Assembly: GCA_043228905.1 (NCBI GenBank) | Contig: JBHGNT010000127.1 | Coordinates: 1 to 64,000 of the forward strand | DNA from: Azolla caroliniana | Lineage: Eukaryota; Plantae; Polypodiophyta | Reading direction: 5' to 3' | DNA length: 64,000 bases | Shown: positions 25,901 to 39,600 of the stretch, in pieces | How the letters are laid out: each line of letters starts with the position of its first letter | How positions within the stretch are numbered: the stretch's first letter is position 1 | Notes under the pieces: model-generated | What the model was told of the DNA's origin: nothing | The model's database searches: none | What the model saw: the letters and a program-made list of their open reading frames with translations, nothing else | Position numbers and translations under genes: made by a program

Positions 25901-28900
25901 TCATAGGTAGCGTTGTTAGCTCCGATTCGCATGTTTGAACACAAAAATCCGATATCACACTCGCCTGGCATGAACATTTTAATTTACTCAAGGGCTCCTC
26001 TCAACTCACTCCTCAAATTTGGTAATTTCGTCATGTCTCTCGACCTGAGTTTGAAATTCGCACGTTTTTAATTCCATATCAGAGCTAGCGTTGTTAGCTT
26101 CGATTCGCATGTTTGAACACAACAATCCGATATCACACTCGCCAGGTATGAACATTTTAATTTACTCAAGGGCTCCTCTCAACTCACTCCTCAACTTTGG
26201 TAATTTCGTCATGTCTCTGGACCTGAGTTTCAAAATCTTGATTTTTTAATTCCATATCATAGCTAGCGTTGTTAGCTTCGATTCGAATGTTTGAGCACAA
26301 ACATCCGATATCACACTCGCCACGTATGAACATTTTCATTTACCTACTAGCTCTTCGAACCTCACTCCTCAAATTTGGTAATTTCGTCATGTCTCTCGAC
26401 CTGAGTTTCAAAATCTTGATTTTTTAATTCCATATCATAGCTAGCATTGTTAGCTTCGATTCGCATGTTTGTACACAAAAAACCGATATCACACTTGCTA
26501 GGTATGAACATTTTAATTTACTCAAGTGCTCCTCTCAACTCACTACTCAAATTTGGTAATTTCGTCATGCCTCTCGACCTGAGTTTCCAAATCTTGATTT
26601 TTTAATTCCATATCATAGCTAGCGTTGTGAGCTTCGATTCGCATGTTTGTACACAAAAATCCGATATCACACTCGCTACGTATGAACATTTTAATTTACT
26701 CAAGGGCTCCTCTCAACTCACTCCTCAAATTTTGTAATTTCGTCATGTCTCTCGACCTGAGTTTGAAAATCTTGATTTTTTAATTCCATATTATAGCTAG
26801 CGTTGTCAGCTTGGATTCGCATGTTTGTACACAAAAAGCCGATATCACACTTGCTAGGTATGAACATTTTCATTTACCTACTAGCTCTTCGAACCTCACT
26901 CCTCAAATTTGGTAATTTCTTCATGTCGCTCGACCTGAGTTTCAAAATCTTGATTTTTTAATTCCATATCATAGCTAGCGTTGTTAGCTTCGATTCGCAT
27001 GTTTGTACACAAAAATCCGATATCACACTCGCCAGGTATGAACATTTTAATTTACTCAAGGGCTCCTCTCAACTCACTCCTCAAATTTGGTAATTTCGTC
27101 ATGTCTCTCGACCTGAGTTTGAAAATCTTGATTTTTTAATTCCATATCAGAGCTAGCGTTGTTAGCTTCGATTCGCATGTTTGAACACAAAAATCCGATA
27201 TCACACTCGCCAGGTATGAACATTTTAATTTACTCAAGGGCTCCTCTCAACTCACTCCTCAACTTTGGTAATTTCGTCATGTCTCTGGACCTGAGTTTCA
27301 AAATCTTGATTTTTTAATTCCATATCAGAGCTAGCGTTGTCAGCTTTGATTCGCATGTTTGTACACAAAAAGCCGATATCACACTTGCTAGGTATGAAAA
27401 TTTTAATTTACTCAAGTGCTCCTCTCAACTCACTACTGAAATTTGGTAATTTCGTCATGTCTCCCGACCTGAGTTTCAAAATCTTGATATTTTAATTCCA
27501 TATCATAGCTAGCATTGTTAGCTTCGATTCGCATGTTTGAACACAAAAATCCGATATCACACGAGCCAGGTATGAACATTTTAATTTACCTACTAGCTCT
27601 TCCCAACTCACTCCTCAAATTTGGTAATTTCGTCATGTCTCTCGATCTGAGTTTTCAAAATCTTGATTTTTTAATTCCATATCATAGCTAGCGTTGTGAG
27701 CTTCGATTCGCATGTTTGTACACAAAAATCCGATATCACACTCGCTAGGTATGAACATTTTAATTTACTCAAGGGCTCCTCTCAACTCACTCCTCAAATT
27801 TGGTAATTTCGTCATGTCTCTAGACCTGAGTTTCAAAATCTTGATTTTTTAATTCCATATCATAGCTAGCGTTGTTAGCTTCGATTCGCATGTTTGAACA
27901 CAAAAATCCGATATCACACTCGCCAGGTATGAACATTTTAATTTACCTACTAGCTCTTCCCAACTCACTCCTCAAATTTGGTTATTTCGTCATGTCTCTC
28001 GGCCTGAGTTTCAAAATCTTGATTTTTTAATTCCATATCATAGCTAACGTTGTCAACTTTGATTCGCACGTTTGTACACAAAAATCCGATATCACACTCG
28101 CTAGGTATGAAAATTTTAATTTACTCAAGGGCTCCTCTCAACTCACTCCTCTAATTTGGTAATTTCGTCATGTCTCTCGACCTGAGTTTGAAAATCTTGA
28201 TTTTTTAATTCCATATCATAGCTAGCGTTGTTAGCTTCGATTCGCATGTTTGAGCTCAAACATCCGATATCATACTCGCCAGGTATGAACATTTTAATTT
28301 ACCTACTAGCTCTTCCCAACTCACTCCTCTAATTTGGTAATTTTGTCATGTCTCTCGACCTGAATTTCAAAATCTTGATTTTTTAATTCCATATCAGAGC
28401 TAGCGTTGTCAGCTTTGATTCGCATGTTTGTACACAAAAAACCGATATCACACTTGCTAGGTATGAACATTTTAATTTATTCAAGTGCTCCTCTCAACTC
28501 ACTACTCAAATTTGGTAATTTCGTCATGCCTCTCGACCTGAGTTTCCAAATCTTGATTTTTTAATTCCATATCATAGCTAGCGTTGTGAGCTTCGATTCG
28601 CATGTTTGTACACAAAAATCCGATATCACACTCGCTAGGTATGAACATTTTAATTTACTCAAGGGCTCCTCTCAACTCACTCCTCAAATTTTGTAACTTC
28701 GTCATGTCTCTCGACCTGAGTTTGAAAATCTTGATTTTTTAATTCCATATTATAGCTAGCGTTGTCAGCTTGGATTCGCATATTTGTACACAAAAAGCCG
28801 ATATCACACTTGCTAGGTATGAACATTTTAATTTACTCAAGTGCTCCTCTCAACTCACTACTCAAATTTGGTAATTTCTTCATGTCGCTCGACCTGAGTT

Positions 28901-29960
28901 TCAAAATCTTGATTTTTTAATTCCATATCATAGCTAGCGTTGTTAGCTACGATTCGCATGTTTGAGCACAAACATCCGATATAACACTCGCCAGGTATGA
29001 ACATTTTAATTTACCTACTAGCTCTTCCAACCTCACTCCTCAAATTTGGTAATTTCGTTATGTCTCTCGACCTGAGTTTCAAAATCTTGATTTTTTAATT
29101 CCATATCAGAGCTAGCGTTGTTAGCTTCGATTCGCATGTTTGTACATAAAAAGCCGATATCACACTCGCTAGGTATGAACATTTTAATTTACTCAAGGGC
29201 TCCTCTCAACTCACTCCTCTAATTTGGTAATTTTGTCATGTCTCTCGACCTGAGTCTAAAAATCTAGATTTTCTAATTCCATATCATAGCTAGCGTTGTT
29301 AGCTTCGATTCGCATGTTTGAGCACAAACATCCGATATCACACTCGCCAGGTATGAACATTTTAATTTACCTACTAGCTCTTCCAACCTCACTCCTCAAA
29401 TTTGGTAATTTCGTCATGTCTCTCGACCTGAGTTTCAAAATCTTGATTTTTTAATTCCATATCATAGCTAGCGTTGTTAGCTTCGATTCGCAGGTTTGTA
29501 CACAAAAATCCGATATCACACTCGCTAGGGATGAACATTTTAATTTACTCAAGGGCTCCTCTCAACTCACTCCTCAAATTTGGTAATTTCGTCATGTCTC
29601 TCGACCTGAGTTTGAAAATCTTGATTTTTTAATTCCATATCATAGCTAGCGTTGTAGGCTTCGATTCGCATGTTTAAACACAAAAATCCGATATCACACT
29701 CGCCAGGTATGAACATTTTAATTTACCTACTAGCTCTTCCCAACTCACTCCTCAAATTTGGTTATTTCGTCATGTCTCTCGACCTGAGTTTCAAAATCTT
29801 GATTTTTTAATTCCATATCATAGCTAACGTTGTCAACTTCGATTCGCACGTTTGTACACAAAAATCCGATATCACACTCGCTAGGTATGAACATTTTAAT
29901 TTACTCAAGGGCTCCTCTCAACTCACTCCTCTAATTTGGTAATTTCGTCATGTCTCTCGA
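19985..29960. repeat. ~4.15-kb (~23-monomer) block duplicated at 5825-bp offset (~19985-24135 and ~25810-29960)
   Basis: Private markers recur exactly 5825 bp apart: CGCCTGGCATG (20141/25966), GAGCTCAAAC (22431/28256), CGCAGGTTTG (23667/29492). Confidence 0.88.
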
Positions 29961-30499
29961 CTTGAGTTTCAAAATCTTGATATTTTAATTCCATATCATA
30001 GCTAGCGTTGTTTGCTTCGATTCGCATGTTTGAACACAAAAAACCGATATCACACTCGCTAGGTATGAACATTTTAATTTACTCAAGTGCTCCTCTCAAC
30101 TCACTACTCAAATTTGGTAATTTCGTCATGCCTCTCGACCTGAGTTTCCAAATCTTGATTTTTTAATTCCATATCATAGCTAGCGTTGTTAGCTTCGATT
30201 CGCATGTTTGAACACAAAAATCCGATATCACACTCGCCAGGTATGAACATTGTAATTTACCTACTAGCTCTTCCCAACTCACTCCTCTAATTTGGTAATT
30301 TCGTTATGTCTCTCGACCTGAGTTTCAAAATCTTGATTTTTTAATTCCATATCATAGCTAACGTTGTTAACTTCGATTCGCACGTTTGTACACAAAAATC
30401 CGATATCACACTCGCTAGGTATGAACATTTTAATTTACTCAAGGGCTCCTCTCAACTCACTCCTCTAATTTGGTAATTTCGTCATGTCTCTCGACCTGA

Positions 30500-32270
30500 G
30501 TTTGAAAATCTTGATTTTTTAATTCCATATCAGAGCTAGCGTTGTTAGCTTCGATTCGCATGTTTGAGCACAAACATCCGATATCATACTCGCCAGGTAT
30601 GAACATTTTAATTTACCTACTAGCTCTTCCCAACTCACTCCTCTAATTTGGTAATTTTGTCATGTCTCTCGACCTGAATTTCAAAATCTTGATTTTTTAA
30701 TTCCATATCAGAGCTAGCGTTGTCAGCTTTGATTCGCATGTTTGTAAACAAAAAGCCGATATCACACTTGCTAGGTATGAACATTTTAATTTACTCAAGT
30801 GCTCCTCTCAACTCACTACTCAAATTTGGTAATTTCGTCATGCCTCTCGACCTGAGTTTCCAAATCTTGATTTTTTAATTCCATATCATAGCTAGCGTTG
30901 TGAGCTTCGATTCACATGTTTGTACACAAAAATCCGATATCACACTCGCTAGGTATGAACATTTTAATTTACTCAAGGGCTCCTCTCAACTCACTCCTCA
31001 AATTTTGTAATTTCGTCATGTCTCTCGACCTGAGTTTGAAAATCTTGATTTTTTAATTCCATATCAGAGCTAGCGTTGTTAGCTTCGATTCGCATGTTTG
31101 TACATAAAAAGCCGATATCACACTCGCTAGGTATGAACATTTTAATTTACTCAAGGGCTCCTCTCAACTCACTCCTCTAATTTGGTAATTTCGTCATGTC
31201 TCTCGACCTGAGTCTAAAAATCTAGATTTTCTAATTCCATATCATAGCTAGCGTTGTTAGCTTCGATTCGCATGTTTGAGCACAAACCTCCGATATCATA
31301 CTCGCCAGGTATAAACATTTTAATTTACCTACTAGCTCTTCCCAACTCACTCCTCTAATTTGGTAATTTCGTCATGTCTCTCGAACTGAGTTTGAAAATC
31401 TTGATTTTTTAATTCCATATCAGAGCTAGCGTTGTTAGCTTCGATTCGCATGTTTGAGCACAAACATCCGATATCATACTCACCAGGTATGAACATTTTA
31501 ATTTACCTACTAGCTCTTCCCAACTCACTCCTCTAATTTGGTAATTTTGTCATGTCTCTCGACCTGAATTTCAAAATCTTGATTTTTTAATTCCATATCA
31601 GAGCTAGCGTTGTCAGCTTTGATTCGCATGTTTGTACACAAAAAGCCGATATCACACTTGCTAGGTATGAACATTTTAATTTACTCAAGTGCTCCTCTCA
31701 ACTCACTACTCAAATTTGGTAATTTCGTCATGCCTCTCGACCTGAGTTTCCAAATCTTGATTTTTTAATTCCATATCATAGCTAGCATTGTGAGCTTCGA
31801 TTCGCATGTTTGTACACAAAAATCCGATATCACACTCGCTAGGTATGAACATTTTAATTTACTCAAGGGCTCCTCTCAACTCACTCCTCAAATTTTGTAA
31901 TTTCGTCATGTCTCTCGACCTGAGTTTGAAAATCTTGATTTTTTAATTCCATATCAGAGCTAGCGTTGTTAGCTTCGATTCGCATGTTTGTACATAAAAA
32001 GCCGATATCACACTCGCTAGGTATGAACATTTTAATTTACTCAAGGGCTCCTCTCTACTCACTCCTCTAATTTGGTAATTTCGTCATGTCCCTCGACCTG
32101 AGTCTAAAAATCTAGATTTTCTAATTCCATATCATAGCTAGCGTTGTTAGCTTCGATTCGCATGTTTGAGCACAAACCTCCGATATCATACTCGCCAGGT
32201 ATGAACATTTTAATTTACCTACTAGGTCTTCCCAACTCACTCCTCTAATTTGGTAATTTTGTCATGTCTC
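30500..32270. repeat. 5-monomer (890-bp) tandem duplication
   Basis: CACAAACCTCCG at 31281 and 32171, with AGTCTAAAAATCTAG at the same offset. The two copies already differ by several substitutions. Confidence 0.8.
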
Positions 32271-35200
32271 TCGACCTGAGTTTCAAAATCTTGATTTTTT
32301 AATTCCATATCAGAGCTAGCGTTGTCAGCTTTGATTCGCATGTTTGTACACAAAAAGCCGATATCACACTTGCTAGGTATGAACATTTTAATTTACTCAA
32401 GTGCTCCTCTCAACTCACTCCTCAAATTTGCTAATTTCGTCATGTCTCTCGACTTGAGTTTCAAAATCTTGATATTTTAATTCCATATCATAGCTAGCGT
32501 AGTTTGCTTCGATTCGCATGTTTGAACACAAAAAACCGATATCACACTCGCTAGGTATGAACATTTTAATTTACTCAAGGGCTCCTCTCAACTCACTCCT
32601 AAAATTTGGTAATTTCGTCATGTCTCTGGACCTGAGTTTCAAAATCTTGATTTTTTAATTCCATATCATAGCTAGCGTTGTTAGCTTCGATTCGAATGTT
32701 TGAGCACAAACATCCGATATCACACTCGCCACGTATGAACATTTTCATTTACCTACTAGCTCTTCGAACCTCACTCCTCAAATTTGGTAATTTCGTCTTG
32801 TCTCTCGACCTGAGTTACAAAATCTAGATTTTCTAATTCCATATCATAGCTAGCGTTGTTAGCTTCGATTCGCATGTTTGAACACAAAAATCCGATATCA
32901 CACGAGCCAGGTATGAACTATTTTAATTTACGTACTAGCTCTTCCAACCTCACTACTAAATTTTGGTAATTTCGTCATGTCTCTCGACCTGAGTTTCAAA
33001 ATCTTGAATTTTTAATTCCTTATCATAGCTAGCGTTGTTAGCTTCGATTCGCATGTTTGTACACAAAAATCCGATATCACACTCGCCAGGTATGAACATT
33101 TTAATTTACTCAAGGGCTCCTCTCAACTCACTCCTCAACTTTGGTAATTTCGTCATTTCTGTCGACCTGAGTTTCAAAATCTTGATTTTTTAATTCCTTA
33201 TCATAGCTAGCGTTGTCAGCTTCGATTCGCATGTTTGTACACAAAAATCCGATATCACACTTGCTAGGTATGAACATTTTAATTTACTCAAGTGCTCCTC
33301 TCAACTCACTACTCAAATTTGGTAATTTCTTCATGTCTCTCGACTTGAGTTTCAAAATCTTGATGTTTTAATCGCATATCATAGCTAGCGTTGTTAGCTT
33401 CAATTCGCATGTTTGAACACAAAAAACCGATATCACACTCGCTAGGTATGAACATGTTAATTTACACAAGGGCTCCTCTCAACTCAGTACTCAAATTTGG
33501 TAATTTCGTCATGTCTCTGGACCTGAGTTTCAAAATTTTGATTTTTTAATTCCATATCATAGCTAGCGTTGTTAGCTTCGATTCACATGTTTGAGCACAA
33601 ACATCCGATATCACACTCGCCAGGTATGAACATTTTCATTTACCTACTAGCTCTTCGAACCTCACTCCTCAAATTTGGTAATTTCGTCATGTCTCTCGAC
33701 CTGAGTTTCAAAATCTTGATTTTTTAATTCCATATCATAGCTAGCGTTGTTAGCTTCGATTCGCATGTTTGAGCACAAACATCCGATATCATACTCGCCA
33801 GGTATGAACATTTTAATTTACCTACTAGCTCTTCCCAACTTACTCCTCTAATTTGGTAATTTTGTCATGTCTCTCGACCTGAGTTTCAAAATCTTGATAT
33901 TTTAATTCCATATCATAGCTAGCGTAGTTTGCTTCGATTCGCATGTTTGAACACAAAAAACCGATATCACACTCGCTAGGTATGAACATTTTAATTTACT
34001 CAAGTGCTCCTCTCAACTCACTACTCAAATTTGGTAATTTCGTCATGCCTCTCGACCTGAGTTTCCAAATATTGATTTTTTAATTCCATATCATAGCTAG
34101 CGTTGTGAGCTTCGATTCGCATGTTTGTACACAAAAATCCGATATCACACTCGCTAGGTATGAACATTTTAATTTACTCAAGGGCTCCTCTCAACTCACT
34201 CCTCAAATTTTGTAATTTCGTCATGTCTCTCGACCTGAGTTTGAAAATCTTGATTTTTTAATTCCATATTATAGCTAGCGTTGTCAGCTTGGATTCGCAT
34301 GTTTGTACACAAAAAGCCGATATCACACTTGCTAGGTATGAACATTTTAATTTACTCAAGTGCTCCTCTCAACTCACTACTCAAATTTGGTAATTTCTTC
34401 ATATCGCTCGACCTGAGTTTCAAAATCTTGATTTTTTAATTCCATATCATAGCTAGCGTTGTTAGCTTCGATTCGCATGTTTGAGCACAAACATCCGATA
34501 TAACACTCGCCAGGTATGAACATTTTAATTTACCTACTAGCTCTTCCAACCTCACTCCTCAAATTTGGTAATTTCGTTATGTCTCTCGACCTGAGTTTCA
34601 AAATCTTGATTTTTTAATTCCATATCAGAGCTAGCGTTGTTAGCTTCGATTCGCATGTTTGTACATAAAAAGCCGATATCACACTCGCTAGGTATGAACA
34701 TTTTAATTTACTCAAGGGCTCCTCTCAACTCACTCCTCTAATTTGGTAATTTCGTCATGTCTCTCGACCTGAGTCTAAAAATCTAGATTTTCTAATTCCA
34801 TATCATAGCTAGCGTTGTTAGCTTCGATTCGCATGTTTGAGCACAAACATCCGATATCACACTCGCCAGGTATGAACATTTTAATTTACCTACTAGCTCT
34901 TCCAACCTCACTCCTCAAATTTGGTAATTTCGTCATGTCTCTCGACCTGAGTTTCAAAATCTTGATTTTTTAATTCCATATCATAGCTAGCGTTGTTAGC
35001 TTCGATTCGCAGGTTTGTACACAAAAATCCGATATCACACTCGCTAGGGATGAACATTTTAATTTACTCAAGGGCTCCTCTCAACTCACTCCTCAAATTT
35101 GGTAATTTCGTCATGTCTCTCGACCTGAGTTTGAAAATCTTGATTTTTTAATTCCATATCATAGCTAGCGTTGTAGGCTTCGATTCGCATGTTTGAACAC

Positions 35201-36609
35201 AAAAATCCGATATCACACTCGCCAGGTATGAACATTTTAATTTACCTACTAGCTCTTCCCAACTCACTCCTCAAATTTGGTTATTTCGTCATGTCTCTCG
35301 ACCTGAGTTTCAAAATCTTGATTTTTTAATTCCATATCATAGCTAACGTTGTCAACTTCGATTCGCACGTTTGTACACAAAAATCCGATATCACACTCGC
35401 TAGGTATGAACATTTTAATTTACTCAAGGGCTCCTCTCAACTCACTCCTCTAATTTGGTAATTTCGTCATGTCTCTCGACCTGAGTTTCAAAATCTTGAT
35501 TTTTTAATTCCATATCATAGCTAGCGTTGTTAGCTTCGATTCGCATGTTTGAACACAAAAATCCGATATCACACTCGCCAGGTATGAACATTTTAATTTA
35601 CCTACTAGCTCTTCCCAACTCACTCCTCAAATTTGGTTATTTCGTCATGTCTCTCGGCCTGAGTTTCAGAATCTTGATTTTTTAATTCCATATCATAGCT
35701 AACGTTGTCAACTTTGATTCGCACGTTTGTACACAAAAATCCGATATCACACTCGCTAGGTATGAAAATTTTAATTTACTCAAGGGCTCCTCTCAACTCA
35801 CTCCTCTAATTTGGTAATTTCGTCATGTCTCTCGACTTGAGTTTCAAAATCTTGATATTTTAATTCCATATCATAGCTAGCGTAGTTTGCTTCGATTCGC
35901 ATGTTTGAACACAAAAAACCGATATCACACTCGCTAGGTATGAACATTTTAATTTACTCAAGTGCTCCTCTCAACTCACTACTCAAATTTGGTAATTTCG
36001 TCATGCCTCTCGACCTGAGTTTCCAAATCTTGATTTTTTAATTCCATATCATAGCTAGCGTTGTTAGCTTCGATTCGCATGTTTGAACACAAAAATCCGA
36101 TATCACACTCGCCAGGTATGAACATTGTAATTTACCTACTAGCTCTTCCCAACTCACTCCTCTAATTTGGTAATTTCGTCATGTCTCTCGACCTGAGTTT
36201 CAAAATCTTGATTTTTTAATTCCATATCATAGCTAACGTTGTCAACTTCGATTCGCACGTTTGTACACAAAAATCCGATATCACACTCGCTAGGTATGAA
36301 CATTTTAATTTACTCAAGGGCTCCTCTCAACTCACTCCTCTAATTTGGTAATTTCGTCATGTCTCTCGACCTGAGTTTGAAAATCTTGATTTTTTATTTC
36401 CATATCAGAGCTAGCGTTGTTAGCTTCGATTCGCATGTTTGAGCACAAACATCCGATATCATACTCGCCAGGTATGAACATTTTAATTTACCTACTAGCT
36501 CTTCCCAACTCACTCCTCTAATTTGGTAATTTTGTCATGTCTCTCGACCTGAATTTCAAAATCTTGATTTTTTAATTCCATATCAGAGCTAGCGTTGTCA
36601 GCTTTGATT

Positions 36610-39600
36610 CGCATGTTTGTACACAAAAAGCCGATATCACACTTGCTAGGTATGAACATTTTAATTTACTCAAGTGCTCCTCTCAACTCACTACACAAAT
36701 TTGGTAATTTCGTCATGCCTCTCGACCTGAGTTTCCAAATCTTGATGTTTTAATTCCATATCATAGCTAGCGTTGTTAGCTTCGATTCGCATGTTTGTAC
36801 ACAAAAATCCGATATCACACTCGCCAGGTATGAACATTTTAATTTACCTACTAGCTCTTCCAACCTCACTCCTCTAATTTGGTAATTTCGTCATGTCTCT
36901 CGACCTGAGTTTCAAAATCTTGATTTTTTATTTCCATATCAGAGCTAGCGTTGTTAGCTTCGATTCGCATGTTTGAACACAAAAATCCGATATCACACTC
37001 GCCAGGTATGAACATTTTAATTTACTCAAGGGCTCCTCTCAACTCACTCCTCAACTTTGGTAATTTCGTCATGTCTCTCGACCTGAGTTTCAAAATCTTG
37101 ATTTTTTAATTCCATATCATAGCTAGCGTTGTTAGCTTCGATTCGCATGTTTGTACATAAAAAGCCGATGTCACACTCGCTAGGTATGAACATTTTAATT
37201 TACTCAAGGGCTCCTCTCAACTCACTCCTCTAATTTGGTAATTTCGTCATGTCTCTCGACCTGAGTTTCAAAATCTTGATTTTTTAATTCCATATCATAG
37301 CTAGCGTTGTTAGCTTCGATTCGCATGTTTGAACACAAAAATCCGATATCACACTCGCCAGGTATGAACATTTTAATTTACCTACTAGCTCTTCCCAACT
37401 CACTCCTCAAATTTTGTAATTTCGTCATGTCTCTCGACCTGAGTTTCAAAATCTTGATTTTTTAATTCCATATCATAGCTAGCGTTGTTAGCTTCGATTC
37501 GCATGTTTGAACACAAAAATCCGATATCACAGTCGCTAGGTATGAACATTTTAATTTACTCAAGGGCTCCTCTCAACTCACTCCTCAAATTTGGTAATTT
37601 CGTCATGTCTCTGGACCTGATATCACACTCGCCATGTATGAACATTTTAATTTACCTACTAGCTCTTCGAACCTCACTCCTCAAATTTGGTAATTTAGTC
37701 TTGTCTCTCGACCTGAGTTTCAAAATGTAGATTTTCTAATTCCATAACATAGCTAGCGTTGTTAGCTTCGATTCGCATGTTTGAACACAAAAATCCGATA
37801 TCACACGAGCAAGGTATGACAATTTTAATTTACCTACTAGCTCTTCAAACCTCACTCCTCAAATTTGGTAATTTCGTCTTATCTCTCGACCTGAGTTTCA
37901 AAATGTAGATTTTCTAGTTCCATATCATAGCTAGCGTTGTTAGCTTCGATTCGCATGTTTGAACACAAAAATCCGATATCACACGAGGAAGGTATGAACA
38001 TTTTAATTTACCTACTAGTTCTTCAAACCTCACTCCTCAAATTTGGTAATTTCGTCATGTCTCTCGATCTGAGTTTTTAAAATCTTGATTTTTTAATTCC
38101 ATATCATAGCTAGCGTTGTCAGCTTCGATTCGCATGTTTGTACACAAAAATCCGATATCACACTTGCTAGGTATGAACATTTTAATTTACTCAAGTGCTC
38201 CTCTCAACTCACTACTCAAATTTGGTAATTTCTTCATGTCGCTCGACCTGAGTTTCAAAATCTTGATATTTTAATTTCACATCATAGCTAGCGTTGTTAG
38301 CTTCAATTCACATGTTTGAACACAAAAATCCGATATCACTCTCGCCTGGTATGAACATTTTAATTTACTCAAGGGCTCCTCTAAACTCACTACTAAAATT
38401 TGGTAATTTCGTCATGTCTCTCGACCTAAGTTTCAAAATCTTGAATTTTTAATTCCTTATCATAGCTAGCGTTGTTAGCTTCGATTCGCATGTTTGTATA
38501 TAAAAAGCCGATATCACACTCGGTAGGTATGAACATTTTAATTTACTCAAGGGCTCCTCTCAACTCACTCCTCTACTTTGGTAATTTCGTCATGTCTCTC
38601 GACCTGAGTCTCAAAAGCTAGATTTTCTAATTCCATATCATAGCTAGCGTTGTTAGCTTCGATTCGCATGTTTGAACACAAAAATCCGATATCACACTCG
38701 CCAGGTATGAACATTTTAATTTACCTACTAGCTCTTCCCAACTCACTCCTCAAATTTGCTAATTTCGTCATGTCTCTCGAGTTGAGTTTCAAAATCTTGA
38801 TATTTTAATTCCATATCATAGCTAGCGTTGTTAGCTTCGATTCGCATGTTTGAACACAAAAATCCGATATCACACTCGCTAGGTATGAACATTTTAATTT
38901 ACTCAAGGGCTCCTCTCAACTCACTCCTCAAATTTAGTAATTTCGTCATGTCTCTAGACCTGAGTTTCAAAATCTTGATTTTTTAATTCCATATCATAGC
39001 TAGTGTTGTTAGCTTCGATTCGCATGTTTGAGCACAAACATCCGATATCACACTCGCCACGTATGAACATTTTTATTTACCTACTAGCTCTTCAAACCTC
39101 ACTCCTCAATTTTGGTAATTTCGTCATGTCTCTCGACCTGAGTTTCAAAATCTAGATTTTCTAATTCCATATCATAGCGAGGGTTGTTAGCTTCGATTCG
39201 CATGTTTGAACACAAAAATCCGATATCACACGAGCCAGGTATGAACATTTTAATTTACCTGCTAGCTCTTCCAACCTCACTCCTCAATTTTGGTAATTTC
39301 GTCATGTCTCTCGACCTGAGTTTCAAAATCTTGATTTTTTAATTCCATATCATAGCTAACGTTGTCAACTTCGATTCGCACGTTTGTACACAAAAATCCG
39401 ATATCACACTCGCTAGGTATGAACATTTTAATTTACTCAAGGGCTCCTCTCAACTCACTCCTCTAATTTGGTAATTTCGTCATGTCTCTCGACCTGAGTT
39501 TGAAAATCTTGATTTTTTAATTCCATATCATAGCTAGCGTTGTTAGCTTTGATTCGCATGTTTGACCACAAAAATCCGATATCACACGAGCCAGGTATGA

